DNA of 64,000 bases from Kofleriaceae bacterium (GCA_965215005.1 CBDCCZ010000044.1:1-64000), one strand, 5' to 3'; shown: positions 17,359 to 27,807, numbered from the stretch's first letter. Notes: generated from the sequence alone by a model not told the origin. Numbers and translations are program-made.

Positions 17359-20304
17359 TTACGAACTGGAGTCCTGGGTTCTCGAGTGGGCCTGGTACCG
17401 GCCATTATCGTAGCGCAGCAGCCGCTTGTCGCCAGGACCGACACCCGCGGACCGCAGCGCCTGTTTGTCGGGCCGAAAGCCCTCGGTCATGGGCATCGCC
17501 TCGAGGCGACGCACGAAGCGCGGCCGCGCGTGCTCGGGCAGCGCGGCGACGGCATCGCCAAGCGCTTCTGCATTAAGCGATGCCATCGCGCACACCACAG
17601 TGGCCATCGGCATGACAATCCCGTCGACGGTGACGGCATGAGCGACCGCAAACTCGATGCCTGGAATGCGGTAAAGCGCGTCTTCAATCGGCTGCGGCGC
17701 GACCCACCCGGCAGCGGTGGGAAGGAGGTCGGCAATGCGAGCGACGAACCAGAAATCGCCATCGGCGTCGCGACGCAGCAAATCGTCGGTCACGAGCCAC
17801 ACGTCGTCAGCTGCAAACACCCCGCGCAACAGGCGCTGCTCGTGGATACCGGGAGGCGGTTCGTCAGTCGCTACCGCCGCCACCAGCACGCCCACTTCGT
17901 CGTCTGCACAGCGAAGCAGGCGCCCATGCTCATTGCGGCGATAGCCTCCGCGGACGAAGTCCATCGCTAGCAGCTCGACGGGCGCGCTGCCTGGAAGCGG
18001 CCGCCCGACTGACCCTATTTTTTCGCCGGAGGCGTTGGCGAGAACCGCGCTTATTTCGGTAGTGGCGTAGAACTCGAGGACACCGCTGCCAAATCGCTCG
18101 ACGAGGCGTTGCCAAACTCGTGCCTGCATGCCGCTGCCGGCAAATAGCCTCACGGGATGATTTCGCTGGCCGGGGCGCGCCGGCTCGAGGATGAGCTCGC
18201 GAGCCATATCGCCAGCATAGAACACCACGGTGGCGCCATAGCGCCGTGCCTGATCCCAGAACTTTCTTGGCTGAAAATCTGGCTCCATCGCAAGCCGCGC
18301 ACCACTCACGATCGCGCTTCCTGCCGCTACCATGATGCCAGTCGCGTGATGCAGCGGAAGGCATGAGTAGACGGTGTCGCGGGGAGTAAGCGTGCACGCA
18401 GCCGCTGCGCCGAGAGCCGAAGTCGCCCAGCGACCATTGGTGACGTGCGAAGCGCGAAGGTTGCCGCTGCGACCCGTCATGATGACGAGCGCAAGCTCGC
18501 CAGCACGGCCAGGATTGGGCCGATACCACGCCGGCAAGGCCACGGCGGAAGGCTCGATGGCTTCCATGTCGAGCACGTCAGCCGGCAGCTCGCGAACCGG
18601 ACCGCCGCCCAACGCGAGCACCTGGCCGGCAAACGACTGCCGACCCGCTGCCGCAGTATCGGGATCACAGATGAGCACAGCGACCTCACCGAGCGCGAGC
18701 GCGGCGCGCAGCCCGTGGAGGTCGAGCCGGGGGTTGAGTAGCACCGCAACGGCGCCCAATCGGCTGATAGCGGTGATGAGCGATAGCAGGCTCGGCCGAC
18801 CATTCATCATCACGCCGACGCGCTGGCCAAGGGTGATGCCGCAGGCGATGAGACCACGGGTGACGTTGTCGACGCGGGTATCTGCATCGGCGTAGCTGAA
18901 TGCGCGCTCGCGCCACAAGAAGAACGTTTGATTGGGCACTTCTTTGGCACGCAGCGCGAGCTCGAGGCCGGCGCTGATTCTGGTGCCAGCGTCGATGGCC
19001 CGCAGCCTGGCCAGGCGGGGTGCTTGCGTGCGTAGATCCTCGAGCGATTCTAGGAGCTCGGTCACGCCCCCCTGCAGTCGCTGCCAGACGTCGCTAAGCG
19101 CGTTTTGCGCAACATCCACCGCCAGCTCAAAATCGAGCTGGACGTTGCGAAGTGCTAGCTCGAGGTGATCATCTGTTGGCGGATCGGAGTTGGGCAACGC
19201 CCGCGGCCGATCGGCGAGGCCTTCGCGCCAGCGCAGCCACTCAGCGACGGTCGTCCAGGTGACGAGAAGCGCGGTAGAGCCGACCACGAGGCCAAAGTGG
19301 CCCGCTTTGACGTCGACGATGTAGAGCTCCGCATGGGGCGATGCTTCGGCAATCGCTCGCACCGAGGCGGGACGTGCGAGGTCATCGCGTTCGCCGACGA
19401 AGCAGAGGATGGGGCAGCGAATATCGGCAAGGGTGACGGTGCGGCCATCGAGGATGAAACCGCCGGTGGTCATCCGGTTTTGCACGATGACCTCATCGAT
19501 GAACGTGCGCAGTGCCGGGCCGGGCCAGGCGACGAAGCCTTCGCCACCGAGAAACAGTCGTTTGAACTCGCGCTTCTCGAGTGCTGCTCGGTCGTGCAGC
19601 TTTACCAAAAAATCAACGAGCTGACCCAGCTCCTTGCGCACGTTGAGTAGCTTGAACGCGTTCGTCGAGAGCAGCGCTGGGATGCCGCCAAGGTGCTCCA
19701 GTGGCCGCGCAATGAGGAGCCGCAGCCAAGTGATCAGGGTCTCGGCGAATGCATCATCGACCGTTGGCAGCGCGCGTCGTAGGTCGACGGGACTGCCAAA
19801 CGTAATCACCGAGGCGAGCCCTTCGCCGCGTCGCAGCGCCGCGACTTGATACGCAAACATCCCACCCTGCGAATAGCCCGCCAAGTGAACGGACTGGCCG
19901 GTCTGCGCACGTACGTGCTCGATCGCTTCGTTGACCGCATGAACGTGGTCGTCGAGGGTTCGCTGCATGCCGCCGCGACTGTGCTCAGGGGCGCCAAAGT
20001 CGATGAGCCAGACGTCGATGCCTTGCCCGGCCAGCATTCCGATTGCGCTGATGTCGGGCGCGATGTCGTAAACCTCTGCGGTTACCATCAACGGCGGCAC
20101 CAGCAGCAGCGGCGACCGCGGGCCGGTCTGGCGGCCTTTCGCGACGTAGCGGCGCAGGGAATGGATGCGGCCGCGGCTCGCGATTTCATGAGGCGCGCAG
20201 CTGGGTGTAGTGAGGCGGCCGGCGCGAATGATCTCGAGGGCGTTTTGCGCCGCCATGCCCAATCGCCGCAGCGTTCGCGCACCGAGCATTGATCTAGACG
20301 CCAT
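17359..20304 (-). CDS. Bifunctional alpha/beta-hydrolase (PhaC-like) + long-chain acyl-CoA synthetase-like fusion (Rv1683-like)
   Basis: N-half: LLLVPPLM, GYSQGG nucleophile, GERDDLA, AGHFGLVVG. C-half: AMP-binding fold (VTNGRWA, DTVYSCLPLHH, VLEFYATTE, DDLLRRDADGDFWFV). Confidence 0.8.
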   Translation of the reverse strand: MASRSMLGARTLRRLGMAAQNALEIIRAGRLTTPSCAPHEIASRGRIHSLRRYVAKGRQTGPRSPLLLVPPLMVTAEVYDIAPDISAIGMLAGQGIDVWLIDFGAPEHSRGGMQRTLDDHVHAVNEAIEHVRAQTGQSVHLAGYSQGGMFAYQVAALRRGEGLASVITFGSPVDLRRALPTVDDAFAETLITWLRLLIARPLEHLGGIPALLSTNAFKLLNVRKELGQLVDFLVKLHDRAALEKREFKRLFLGGEGFVAWPGPALRTFIDEVIVQNRMTTGGFILDGRTVTLADIRCPILCFVGERDDLARPASVRAIAEASPHAELYIVDVKAGHFGLVVGSTALLVTWTTVAEWLRWREGLADRPRALPNSDPPTDDHLELALRNVQLDFELAVDVAQNALSDVWQRLQGGVTELLESLEDLRTQAPRLARLRAIDAGTRISAGLELALRAKEVPNQTFFLWRERAFSYADADTRVDNVTRGLIACGITLGQRVGVMMNGRPSLLSLITAISRLGAVAVLLNPRLDLHGLRAALALGEVAVLICDPDTAAAGRQSFAGQVLALGGGPVRELPADVLDMEAIEPSAVALPAWYRPNPGRAGELALVIMTGRSGNLRASHVTNGRWATSALGAAAACTLTPRDTVYSCLPLHHATGIMVAAGSAIVSGARLAMEPDFQPRKFWDQARRYGATVVFYAGDMARELILEPARPGQRNHPVRLFAGSGMQARVWQRLVERFGSGVLEFYATTEISAVLANASGEKIGSVGRPLPGSAPVELLAMDFVRGGYRRNEHGRLLRCADDEVGVLVAAVATDEPPPGIHEQRLLRGVFAADDVWLVTDDLLRRDADGDFWFVARIADLLPTAAGWVAPQPIEDALYRIPGIEFAVAHAVTVDGIVMPMATVVCAMASLNAEALGDAVAALPEHARPRFVRRLEAMPMTEGFRPDKQALRSAGVGPGDKRLLRYDNGRYQAHSRTQDSSS

Positions 20305-20319
20305 GGCTAACTGGGACGC

Positions 20320-21699
20320 TCAGCGCCCGCCCTGCTCTGGCGTGAGGCCGCGCTGGTCACCAAATCCCTCTTCATCGCTTCCGTCGACGCGCCTTCCAAA
20401 GCGATCCGGAACCGTGGCGGCAGTTCGCTCGGGAAACCGGCCCTGCAGTGCAATGGAGACCGTGTGTCGATCGAAGGAAGCGAAGCCGCGCATGAGGGTT
20501 GGATCGTCATCACCGCGTTGATTTTGATACTGATAGCGCGTAATCAAAGAGCCAGGAATCCAGTCTGGCGTGTGCACCACCGCAAGATCGACTAGATAGA
20601 GATCGACCGAGCCTTCGAGCTCACTGGTCTGCAGCGCAAAGAGCTGACTGCGACTGTAGCCAAGCGACGTTTGCGCAGTATAGAGCGGCGCTCCGGTCTG
20701 ATTCTCGCCCGCCCAAGGCAATGGCACGGTGGCGTTGAGCTGAAACGCGTTGTTCACGGTTGTCTGAGCGACGAATAAGTTTGCACCCACGGCTCGAGAG
20801 ATGCTTGCCGTGACAGCCGCTTGCATGTCGACGAACGCCAGCGACGCCGCTCCGGTAGGCAGAACCAGCGTCTCCGATGGCTGTTCGACGCCATCGATGA
20901 AGAACTTCAGCGGCGTGATTGTCGAGACGCCAGCAGCCACGTTGCTCGACCAACGCAACGACAGATCGCGACGCCAGTTGAGCGCGGTGGTGGTCGTCAC
21001 CTGCTGCTGCGTCTCCGAGGGCTGCGCGCCGAAGCGGCGCTCGAGGTCGTTGTACGCGCCGTTGACGGTGAGGCCGACGCTGTTCCAACGCCAGCCTTTC
21101 TCGAGCCCCAAGCTGCCACCGAGCACTGCTCCCTCGGTGTCGTTATCGCCCGCGTCGGTCGTGGTGTACTGCGCACCGCTTGCTTGACTGAAGCGCCAAT
21201 CGCGGCCGACGTCCCAGCGGAAACTCTGACCGGCGTTGACGGCGCGAAATCCCGCGCCACCCTCGGGCTGAATGAGCGGATCGGCACCGGCAGGGCGCTG
21301 CTGGAGGCCGGCGTTGACTTGGCCGATGCCGGCACCGGCACTCAAGCCAAACTCGGTGAAGCGCGACGTCTGAAACAGCCCTTGATACACCATCGAATGG
21401 GTGACGGTGTTGCGATCGCTGTTGGTGGTGAAGATCAGCGCATCGAAGGCATACGAGGCTTCGTGGACGCTGCGGGGCGTTTCGTAGGTGGAGAGGAGCC
21501 CTGGTCGCAGCTGCCAAAATACATCGGCTTCGGGATCGGGCTGACCCTCGCCCTCAGCTTGCGATAGCGCATTATCACTCGCGGAGGCGACGACGGCTCC
21601 TTCGGCGTGGAAGCTCCAGTTCTGCGCCCGTGCCGGTGCAGACGCCAAGACCACGAGCAGGGCCGGAAAGGCTGCGTAGAGCCGAGAGTGAAGTCGCAT
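20320..21699 (-). CDS. Putative outer-membrane beta-barrel protein, candidate polysaccharide secretion porin
   Basis: Signal peptide ending ARA-Q; alternating amphipathic strands (FWQLRPGLLSTY, YQGLFQTS, ALNWRRDLSLRW, LITRYQYQ); located in the polysaccharide locus. Confidence 0.6.
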   Translation of the reverse strand: MRLHSRLYAAFPALLVVLASAPARAQNWSFHAEGAVVASASDNALSQAEGEGQPDPEADVFWQLRPGLLSTYETPRSVHEASYAFDALIFTTNSDRNTVTHSMVYQGLFQTSRFTEFGLSAGAGIGQVNAGLQQRPAGADPLIQPEGGAGFRAVNAGQSFRWDVGRDWRFSQASGAQYTTTDAGDNDTEGAVLGGSLGLEKGWRWNSVGLTVNGAYNDLERRFGAQPSETQQQVTTTTALNWRRDLSLRWSSNVAAGVSTITPLKFFIDGVEQPSETLVLPTGAASLAFVDMQAAVTASISRAVGANLFVAQTTVNNAFQLNATVPLPWAGENQTGAPLYTAQTSLGYSRSQLFALQTSELEGSVDLYLVDLAVVHTPDWIPGSLITRYQYQNQRGDDDPTLMRGFASFDRHTVSIALQGRFPERTAATVPDRFGRRVDGSDEEGFGDQRGLTPEQGGR

Positions 21700-21749
21700 G
21701 GGCTTACAGACCGTAGCAGATCGATGCAGCACGAACGCTGGCGTTGCGG

Positions 21750-23144
21750 TCACGACAGGGCGGACTCGGCGTCGCGCTCGACCACGACTACGTTGCGCTT
21801 ACCGCTCTTGGTCGGGGGGATGTCTGCGACCATCTCCACGCGCACTCGTACGCCCGGCAAGTACTTTTCGCAGTGCTGACGAACATGGGTGAGGGTGGCG
21901 TCGGTGAGCGCGTCGCTGGGAACGACCTTGAGGGTGATATCGCCGGAGGTGTGCTGCACGGCCTGAAATTGATTGGCCGCCTCGGCGAGATCGCAGAAGA
22001 GGATGTTGAAGACGAGCCCACTCACCGGATTGCCGTCGCCGTCGCGAAGGGTCTCGGTGACGCGACCTTCGATTGGTCCAATGCGAGGATGCCAACGCCG
22101 GCAGTGGCACTGCGCTTCGCCGCGGGCGGTAGCCAAGTCGCCATTGACGTAGCGAATGAACGGCATGGCGAGGTTGTTGAGATCGGTCACTGCGACCTCG
22201 CCAGTTTCACCTGCTTGGGCGGCTCGCAGGGAGCCGTCTGCCTCCCGCACGACGACCTCCACGAGGACGTTCTCCATTTGCACGTGCAAGCCATCGTGAT
22301 GTTCGCACTCCGTCGCCAAGAGCATGAACTCGCGACAGCCGTAGGTCTCAAACACTGCGGGTCCAAACGCCAGCTCCATGGCTTGTCGATCGTGCTCCCA
22401 CAGCCGCTCGGCACCGCAGATGACTGGGATGGTGCTCCAACTGCGGGCGCCTGTGCGATTGATGAAGCGAGCCAAGGACGCACCTGCTTGGCTGTAGGTG
22501 ACGATTACCTCCGGGCGAAACTGCCGGATGTGCTCGACCACGGCGGTTAGATGCGTCTGGCCCCGCGGCGTGCAGTCGATGTACTGCTCGCGTTTGATGC
22601 GCCGGTCGACGTCGATCTTGAGCTTCTGTCGCCATGCGGTCGGGGGCGGACCGGCGCCGATGCCCCAATAATGCAAGGCTCGCGCGCCCACGTGGTAGCC
22701 GGCCCAGCCATAGCCTCGTAGCTTGATGGCGGTGCGCCAGTGCTCCGATTCGATGTTGTAACCGAGCGGCAGCGGCTGGCCCATCGTGCCGCTGGTGGTC
22801 TTCTTGACTGCGACGAAGGGCGGCGCCTTCGAGGTGCGGCTGGTGGCGCTGTCGCGTGCTTCGGCTCGCGACAGCAGCGGCAGCCGCTCCAAATCGGCAG
22901 GTGTCGCGATGTCGCTCGGGGCTAGTTGCGCCGCATCGAGGCGCTGGCGGTAGAAATCTGTGTGAGCGTAGGCATGCTGCACGAGTGTGCGGAGCTTCTC
23001 CGCCTGCAGATCATGTAGCTCTTCTCGCGAAGCCCACTGGGTACGCTCGAGGTAACGCAGGTATTCCATCGTGGGACGACGGCGAATCAGCCCTTCCCAC
23101 GCTGGATGGAGGACTTTGTTCAGAATTCGACCGTAGAGGTCCAT
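21750..23144 (-). CDS. Phenylacetate-CoA ligase-like / CapK-related adenylate-forming enzyme
   Basis: LERLPLL, TTSGTMGQP, FETYGCRE, TDLNNLAMPFIRYVNGDL, IEGRV. Confidence 0.85.
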   Translation of the reverse strand: MDLYGRILNKVLHPAWEGLIRRRPTMEYLRYLERTQWASREELHDLQAEKLRTLVQHAYAHTDFYRQRLDAAQLAPSDIATPADLERLPLLSRAEARDSATSRTSKAPPFVAVKKTTSGTMGQPLPLGYNIESEHWRTAIKLRGYGWAGYHVGARALHYWGIGAGPPPTAWRQKLKIDVDRRIKREQYIDCTPRGQTHLTAVVEHIRQFRPEVIVTYSQAGASLARFINRTGARSWSTIPVICGAERLWEHDRQAMELAFGPAVFETYGCREFMLLATECEHHDGLHVQMENVLVEVVVREADGSLRAAQAGETGEVAVTDLNNLAMPFIRYVNGDLATARGEAQCHCRRWHPRIGPIEGRVTETLRDGDGNPVSGLVFNILFCDLAEAANQFQAVQHTSGDITLKVVPSDALTDATLTHVRQHCEKYLPGVRVRVEMVADIPPTKSGKRNVVVVERDAESALS

Positions 23145-23293
23145 ATCAAGGGATACTACGCAACCTGAAAGCCGACGGCGCGTTGACACTGCAGCTCGCC
23201 GCTAAATAATGTCGCTACTCCCCTGGGCGCCCTTACGATGTGGCAGTGCGCCCCGGTAGTGGCCTCAGTAACGCCGAGACAAGACGACAGCCC

Positions 23294-24259
23294 ATGCAGA
23301 ACACGCCGCTCGTGAGCGCGATCATCCCGGCCTACAACGCCGAGCTTTACGTGCGTGAAGCGGTAGAAAGCGCGCTCACGCAGAGCCACGAGGCAATGGA
23401 AGTGATCGTCGTCAACGATGGCTCGAGCGATGGGACTGGCGCCGTCATCGAGTCCTTCGGCGATCGCGTCCATTACATTCGCAAGCGCAATGGCGGCGTC
23501 GCCACGGCACGCAACGCTGGCATTCGCGCCGCCAAGGGCGACTACCTCGCGTTCCTCGACGCCGACGATCGTTGGCACCAAGGGAAGATTGCGCGGCAGC
23601 TCGAGCTCATGGAGTCTCACGACGGCGCTGGACTGGTGTACGTGGCGTCGCGCGATGTCGATGACAGCGGCGTTCCGTTCGCGGGCAGCGATGCGCCGCC
23701 GCCCAAGGACACGCTCTACACCCACCACGACATCCTCGACATGGTCTTCAAGAATCCCGTGGGCTCGCCGTCGGGAGTCATGGTGAGTCGGCCGGTCATC
23801 GACCGCGTGGGCGGCTTCGACGAGACGTTCTTGAATGGCAGTGAGGACTGGGAGTTCTATCTCCGCGTCGTCGAGCAATTCGCCATCGTCATGTCTTCCG
23901 AGGTGCTCTACGACTATCGCGTTCACAGCGATGGTCTGTGCAACCCCAAGAACGCCGAGACGATGCTCAAAACCGATCTGATGTTGCTCGATAAGGTCTT
24001 TTCCAAAGCGGCCTATGGTCGTCGGTGGCGAACCCGGCGCCGCGCCTACAGCGAGCGATACTTCGCTGCCTGCAAAGCCTTTGCGGTGACCGAGCGGACC
24101 AATCGACTGCGTCATTGCTTGTGGCAGGCGTTCTGGTGCTATCCGCCTTCCACGCTCACCAAGGTGCATGCGCGGCTGTTGGCGCAGTCGGTGCTCGGAA
24201 ACCAGGGGTATGAGTCGCTACGACGTCTGGTGCCGATACCTCGTTCGACGCAGTCGTGA
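23294..24259 (+). CDS. Glycosyltransferase family 2
   Basis: VSAIIPAYN, VVNDGSSDGT, ARNAGI, FLDADD, GGFDE, SEDWEF. Confidence 0.92.
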   Translation: MQNTPLVSAIIPAYNAELYVREAVESALTQSHEAMEVIVVNDGSSDGTGAVIESFGDRVHYIRKRNGGVATARNAGIRAAKGDYLAFLDADDRWHQGKIARQLELMESHDGAGLVYVASRDVDDSGVPFAGSDAPPPKDTLYTHHDILDMVFKNPVGSPSGVMVSRPVIDRVGGFDETFLNGSEDWEFYLRVVEQFAIVMSSEVLYDYRVHSDGLCNPKNAETMLKTDLMLLDKVFSKAAYGRRWRTRRRAYSERYFAACKAFAVTERTNRLRHCLWQAFWCYPPSTLTKVHARLLAQSVLGNQGYESLRRLVPIPRSTQS

Positions 24260-24401
24260 GGCGTGAGGCGCTGCTTTAGGAGGCGCGCAGGAAGCAAATG
24301 GTCGGAAGATCGGCGTCTGTGCGCCGGGCTGGCAAGGCAACGCCGCCAGCACGGATGCACCGTCGCCTAGAACGGACCATTTATTTCGGAGCGCCGACTT
24401 A

Positions 24402-25217
24402 TTAGCAGTCGAGCAGCACGGTACCGAGCACGTGCGTCGGGCTCAGCTGATCGATCGCGTGGCGCACGTCGCGGCCGGTGGTCTTGCGCGCGCGGGTACA
24501 CAAGATCACCCCGTCGGCCGCATCTTGCATCAAGTTGACATCGGCGGTGCCGACCACCGAGGGCGCATCGATGACGATGTGATCGTAGCCGCCGCGGCGC
24601 AGTTGCTCCATGGCGATGGCGAACGCCGGCGCGTCTAGCAGCTGGGCCTGCTCGAGGGTCGGGTTGATGGCAGCGACGTGCAAGTACAGCGATGGGATCT
24701 CCACAAAGCCCCACGGTAGCAGCGGCTGGTTGCGATGAGCGATGAGCTGTTCCGCGAAGCACCAGGGCGGGACGAAGCGAAACACGTTGGCAAGCTGTGG
24801 GCGCGCGACGTTGGCTTCGACCAGCAGCACGTTGGCGCGGCCGCACTCGGCGAGTGCCAAGGCTAGGTTCACGGCTGCAGTGGTCTTGCCTTCGCCAGGA
24901 TTGGGGCTGGTTACCACCACGACCTGCGGTCCACCGAGCTCGAGGAGGTGATGGCGCAGCACGCGATATCCGGCCGCACTCGGCGAGTCGGGATCGGCGG
25001 CGAGCACCAAGCGCTCGTCGAGCGGTTCGCCATCGGCGAGGGTGTGCTGGGTTAGTCCGATCTCAGGTGGTTCTTGCGCACCGGCTAATGGCACGGCAGC
25101 TTCGGCACGAACCGCCGACATCTGCACGGTCTTGGCGGTTTCGCGCGGCGGAGGCTTTGAGAGTTTAGACATAGGGCTGTTGGCTGGGGGCGCCGAATCC
25201 TGCTTGCGTTTAGCCAC
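24402..25217 (-). CDS. Stand-alone CpsD/CapB-like (BY-kinase-fold) ATPase, probably a pseudokinase
   Basis: AAGYRVLR, Walker [10 protein letters not shown], Walker A' LLVEAN, Walker B IVIDAP; no C-terminal Tyr cluster. GTG start overlaps the upstream stop. Confidence 0.8.
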   Translation of the reverse strand: MAKRKQDSAPPANSPMSKLSKPPPRETAKTVQMSAVRAEAAVPLAGAQEPPEIGLTQHTLADGEPLDERLVLAADPDSPSAAGYRVLRHHLLELGGPQVVVVTSPNPGEGKTTAAVNLALALAECGRANVLLVEANVARPQLANVFRFVPPWCFAEQLIAHRNQPLLPWGFVEIPSLYLHVAAINPTLEQAQLLDAPAFAIAMEQLRRGGYDHIVIDAPSVVGTADVNLMQDAADGVILCTRARKTTGRDVRHAIDQLSPTHVLGTVLLDC

Positions 25218-26718
25218 GCTTGCGCCGCTTCCGCTTGATTGCTTTCGGAATCGAGACCAGCACGGGCGCGACACCGAGACGCTCGAGGTCGCCGCGCCTG
25301 TACAGGCGATCATCGATGAGCGCCAGCCCCAGTGCAAGGACCATCGCGAACCCACCGAACAGCACCACGCCGGCCATCACGATGATCCGCTTGCCTTTGC
25401 CGACCGGCTGCTTCGGTAGGTTGGCTTGATCGATGATGGAGAGCGTGGCGCCCTGCTCGGCCATTTGCTGACGGGCGAGAACGTTGGCCTCTTGCGCCGC
25501 GGATTCACGCCGTTCCAACGTCTCACGCGTCTGGTTGACCTCACGGAGCAGCGCTGCGAACTGCGTCTCGAGCGCGACGACCCAGTTTGGCTCCTCTTCG
25601 GCAGGCGTTTCCTCGGCTGCGCTTGCCTGCTTTTCCTTGGCGATTCGCGCGCGCACCGCGGCGATTTCCCGCTCTACGGAGCGCAGCTCGCGGCGCAGCG
25701 CATCTTTGTCGACATTGACCGGCATGACGTCGGGTCGGTCGAGCGGTAGCGTTGCCTGGGCGCGCCGCAGTCGGGTCTGGGCGGTGGCGACCTGTTGTTG
25801 GCCGCTAATCACGTCTGGGTGGCGCTCGGTATATTGCGCCAGCAGCACGTTGAGCCGCTGCTGGGCCTGCTCGAGCTCACGTTCGCGCTCGGCGACTTGC
25901 TGCTCGGCGGCGAGCCGCTCCGGTGACTTTTCGCGCGGTCCTCGCGGCTGCGCAGGTGCATCGAGCCCGCTTGCCAGGCGGCGCCGCTGGCGCTCGAGCG
26001 CTAGCAGCTGTGGGTCGGTGATGCCCGCAATCGGCTCGCTGTCGCTCTTCTTCTGCGCCGCACGAATGCCTGCACCGGTGGCCATGGCGTCTTCGGCGGC
26101 GAATTCGGGATGCGCCGCGAGGAATTCGGCGAGGGCGCGCTCGCGTTTCTTCAGCTCCGCTTCGGCCGAAGCGCGCTCGTCCTCCGCGAACTCGCGAGTG
26201 GCCATGGCTTGCTCACGACGAATGCGCTCATCTTCATTGATGACGAGCTCGCCCAAGCGTTGGGTTACCCGCTGCGCTAGCTCAGGATCTGAGCTCTGGA
26301 AGCTGATGCGGAAGGCGCCCGAGCCGCGAAAGCGGAAATCGATGTGGAGTCGCAGCTCTTCGACCGCACTGTCGATTCCTTCGTCGGCGACGAGGTCGGG
26401 ATAGAGGTTGAACTCCTCGACGACCTTGCTGAGGTTGGTGCGCGACATCAGCAGCTCGCGATAGCGATCGCCGAGATTGCGGGTGTGCAGCGCTTCGTTG
26501 CGCCCGGTGACGATCTGCGTGTTGATGCGTTCGTTGTGGAACAGCACCATTTCGGACTCGTAGCGCGGCTCACGCGCGAGCGCCAAGAGAACCGAGAGAG
26601 CGCCACCTACCAGCACGATGCCGACGATCAGCCACCAGTAGTGCAACGCGCGCCTGGCATAGGCCAGGATGGTGTCGAGCTTGTCGCGTGGGGTTTCAAT
26701 GGTGGAAGTCATGAGCAT
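25210..26718 (-). CDS. Polysaccharide co-polymerase (Wzc N-terminal/GumC-like)
   Basis: Two TM helices flanking a coiled coil; [20 protein letters not shown] before the second TM. Confidence 0.88.
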   Translation of the reverse strand: MLMTSTIETPRDKLDTILAYARRALHYWWLIVGIVLVGGALSVLLALAREPRYESEMVLFHNERINTQIVTGRNEALHTRNLGDRYRELLMSRTNLSKVVEEFNLYPDLVADEGIDSAVEELRLHIDFRFRGSGAFRISFQSSDPELAQRVTQRLGELVINEDERIRREQAMATREFAEDERASAEAELKKRERALAEFLAAHPEFAAEDAMATGAGIRAAQKKSDSEPIAGITDPQLLALERQRRRLASGLDAPAQPRGPREKSPERLAAEQQVAERERELEQAQQRLNVLLAQYTERHPDVISGQQQVATAQTRLRRAQATLPLDRPDVMPVNVDKDALRRELRSVEREIAAVRARIAKEKQASAAEETPAEEEPNWVVALETQFAALLREVNQTRETLERRESAAQEANVLARQQMAEQGATLSIIDQANLPKQPVGKGKRIIVMAGVVLFGGFAMVLALGLALIDDRLYRRGDLERLGVAPVLVSIPKAIKRKRRKRG

Positions 26719-26724
26719 CTCTCT

Positions 26725-27807
26725 CTAGCGCTGATCATCGCGGTGCTTGTGCTTGCGGCGCTGATCGAGCGAACCGATCGTGTCGCCAGCAAAGCTGGGA
26801 ATGTGGCCTACGGTGGCCAAGCCGAGTCGCTCGATATCTTCAGGATCGTGAAGCCGGGTGTCGAAGGCGCCAAACATGATCGATAGCGCCGGGACCAGGA
26901 GCAGAAAGCACACCAGGCCCACCGTGGCTAGCTTGTGCCAGCGCGCGTCCTCATCGATTGTGGGGCGGCGCTCGTCGATGATCATGAAGCGCATCCCGAG
27001 GTCGGCAAGCTCGGCGTCGCGCACCTCTTCGGCCACCGCTCGATTTGCCTCTAGAGCGTCGAGCGTCTCGACCTCGGCATCTAAGAGCCCCTGCTGCTGC
27101 GTCATCTCCATGCGCAGCCGCGCCACCTGCGAGGCGTCACCAGCGGCGAGCGCGTCGGCGCGGGCGCGACGGCGGGTATCGAGCTGGTGCTCACGCGCGC
27201 GGAGGCGCTCGCGGGCGCGCTCGACCGCGGCGGTGATATCGTCGACAGCTCGGCTGGTCACGGCGCGTCGCCGCGTGGTCTCGCTGTCGATGATCAGCAA
27301 GGCCAGGCGCTTGGCGATTCGAAACGCCTGCTCAGGATCACTGTCGCGATAGTAGATGCCGACCCGGGCCGAGCGCTCGGCGCCTTTATAGTCGAGGAAG
27401 TAGTTGCGAAAGACCTCGATGCGCAGCGGGTCGCGGAACTCGCCCACCGCAAACGTCGGGGAGACGTTGGCTGGCAACAGCTCGAGCTCTTTCATGACCG
27501 TCAAGAGGTTCTCGCTCGAGAGCGAGACGCTCCAGATATAGTCGACGAGCTCGCGAACCGGAAGGTTCTGAAAGCTTTGGTCGAGCGCACCTTCATCGAT
27601 GCGGAGAATGACGCGAGCGTCGTAGGCATCGGCGCGGCGCCCCACTTGCAACATCGCCAGCCCGCTCAGCGCGAGCGCTGCCAAAAGGATGCGAAACGGT
27701 TGCCGCTTGGCGCGCTGCTTGAGTCGTTGGAGCTCGCGGGCCAACACGTGCAAAACGCCGGACTCGGCGTCTAGCCAGTCGCGTGTTGCCGGATCGCGCA
27801 ATGCCAT
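26725..27807 (-). CDS. Second, shorter Wzz/co-polymerase-like protein
   Basis: N-terminal TM, YRDSDPEQAFRIA, coiled coil, FMIIDE.RP, TM, DTRLHDPEDIERLGLATVGHIP. Confidence 0.7.
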   Translation of the reverse strand: MALRDPATRDWLDAESGVLHVLARELQRLKQRAKRQPFRILLAALALSGLAMLQVGRRADAYDARVILRIDEGALDQSFQNLPVRELVDYIWSVSLSSENLLTVMKELELLPANVSPTFAVGEFRDPLRIEVFRNYFLDYKGAERSARVGIYYRDSDPEQAFRIAKRLALLIIDSETTRRRAVTSRAVDDITAAVERARERLRAREHQLDTRRRARADALAAGDASQVARLRMEMTQQQGLLDAEVETLDALEANRAVAEEVRDAELADLGMRFMIIDERRPTIDEDARWHKLATVGLVCFLLLVPALSIMFGAFDTRLHDPEDIERLGLATVGHIPSFAGDTIGSLDQRRKHKHRDDQR

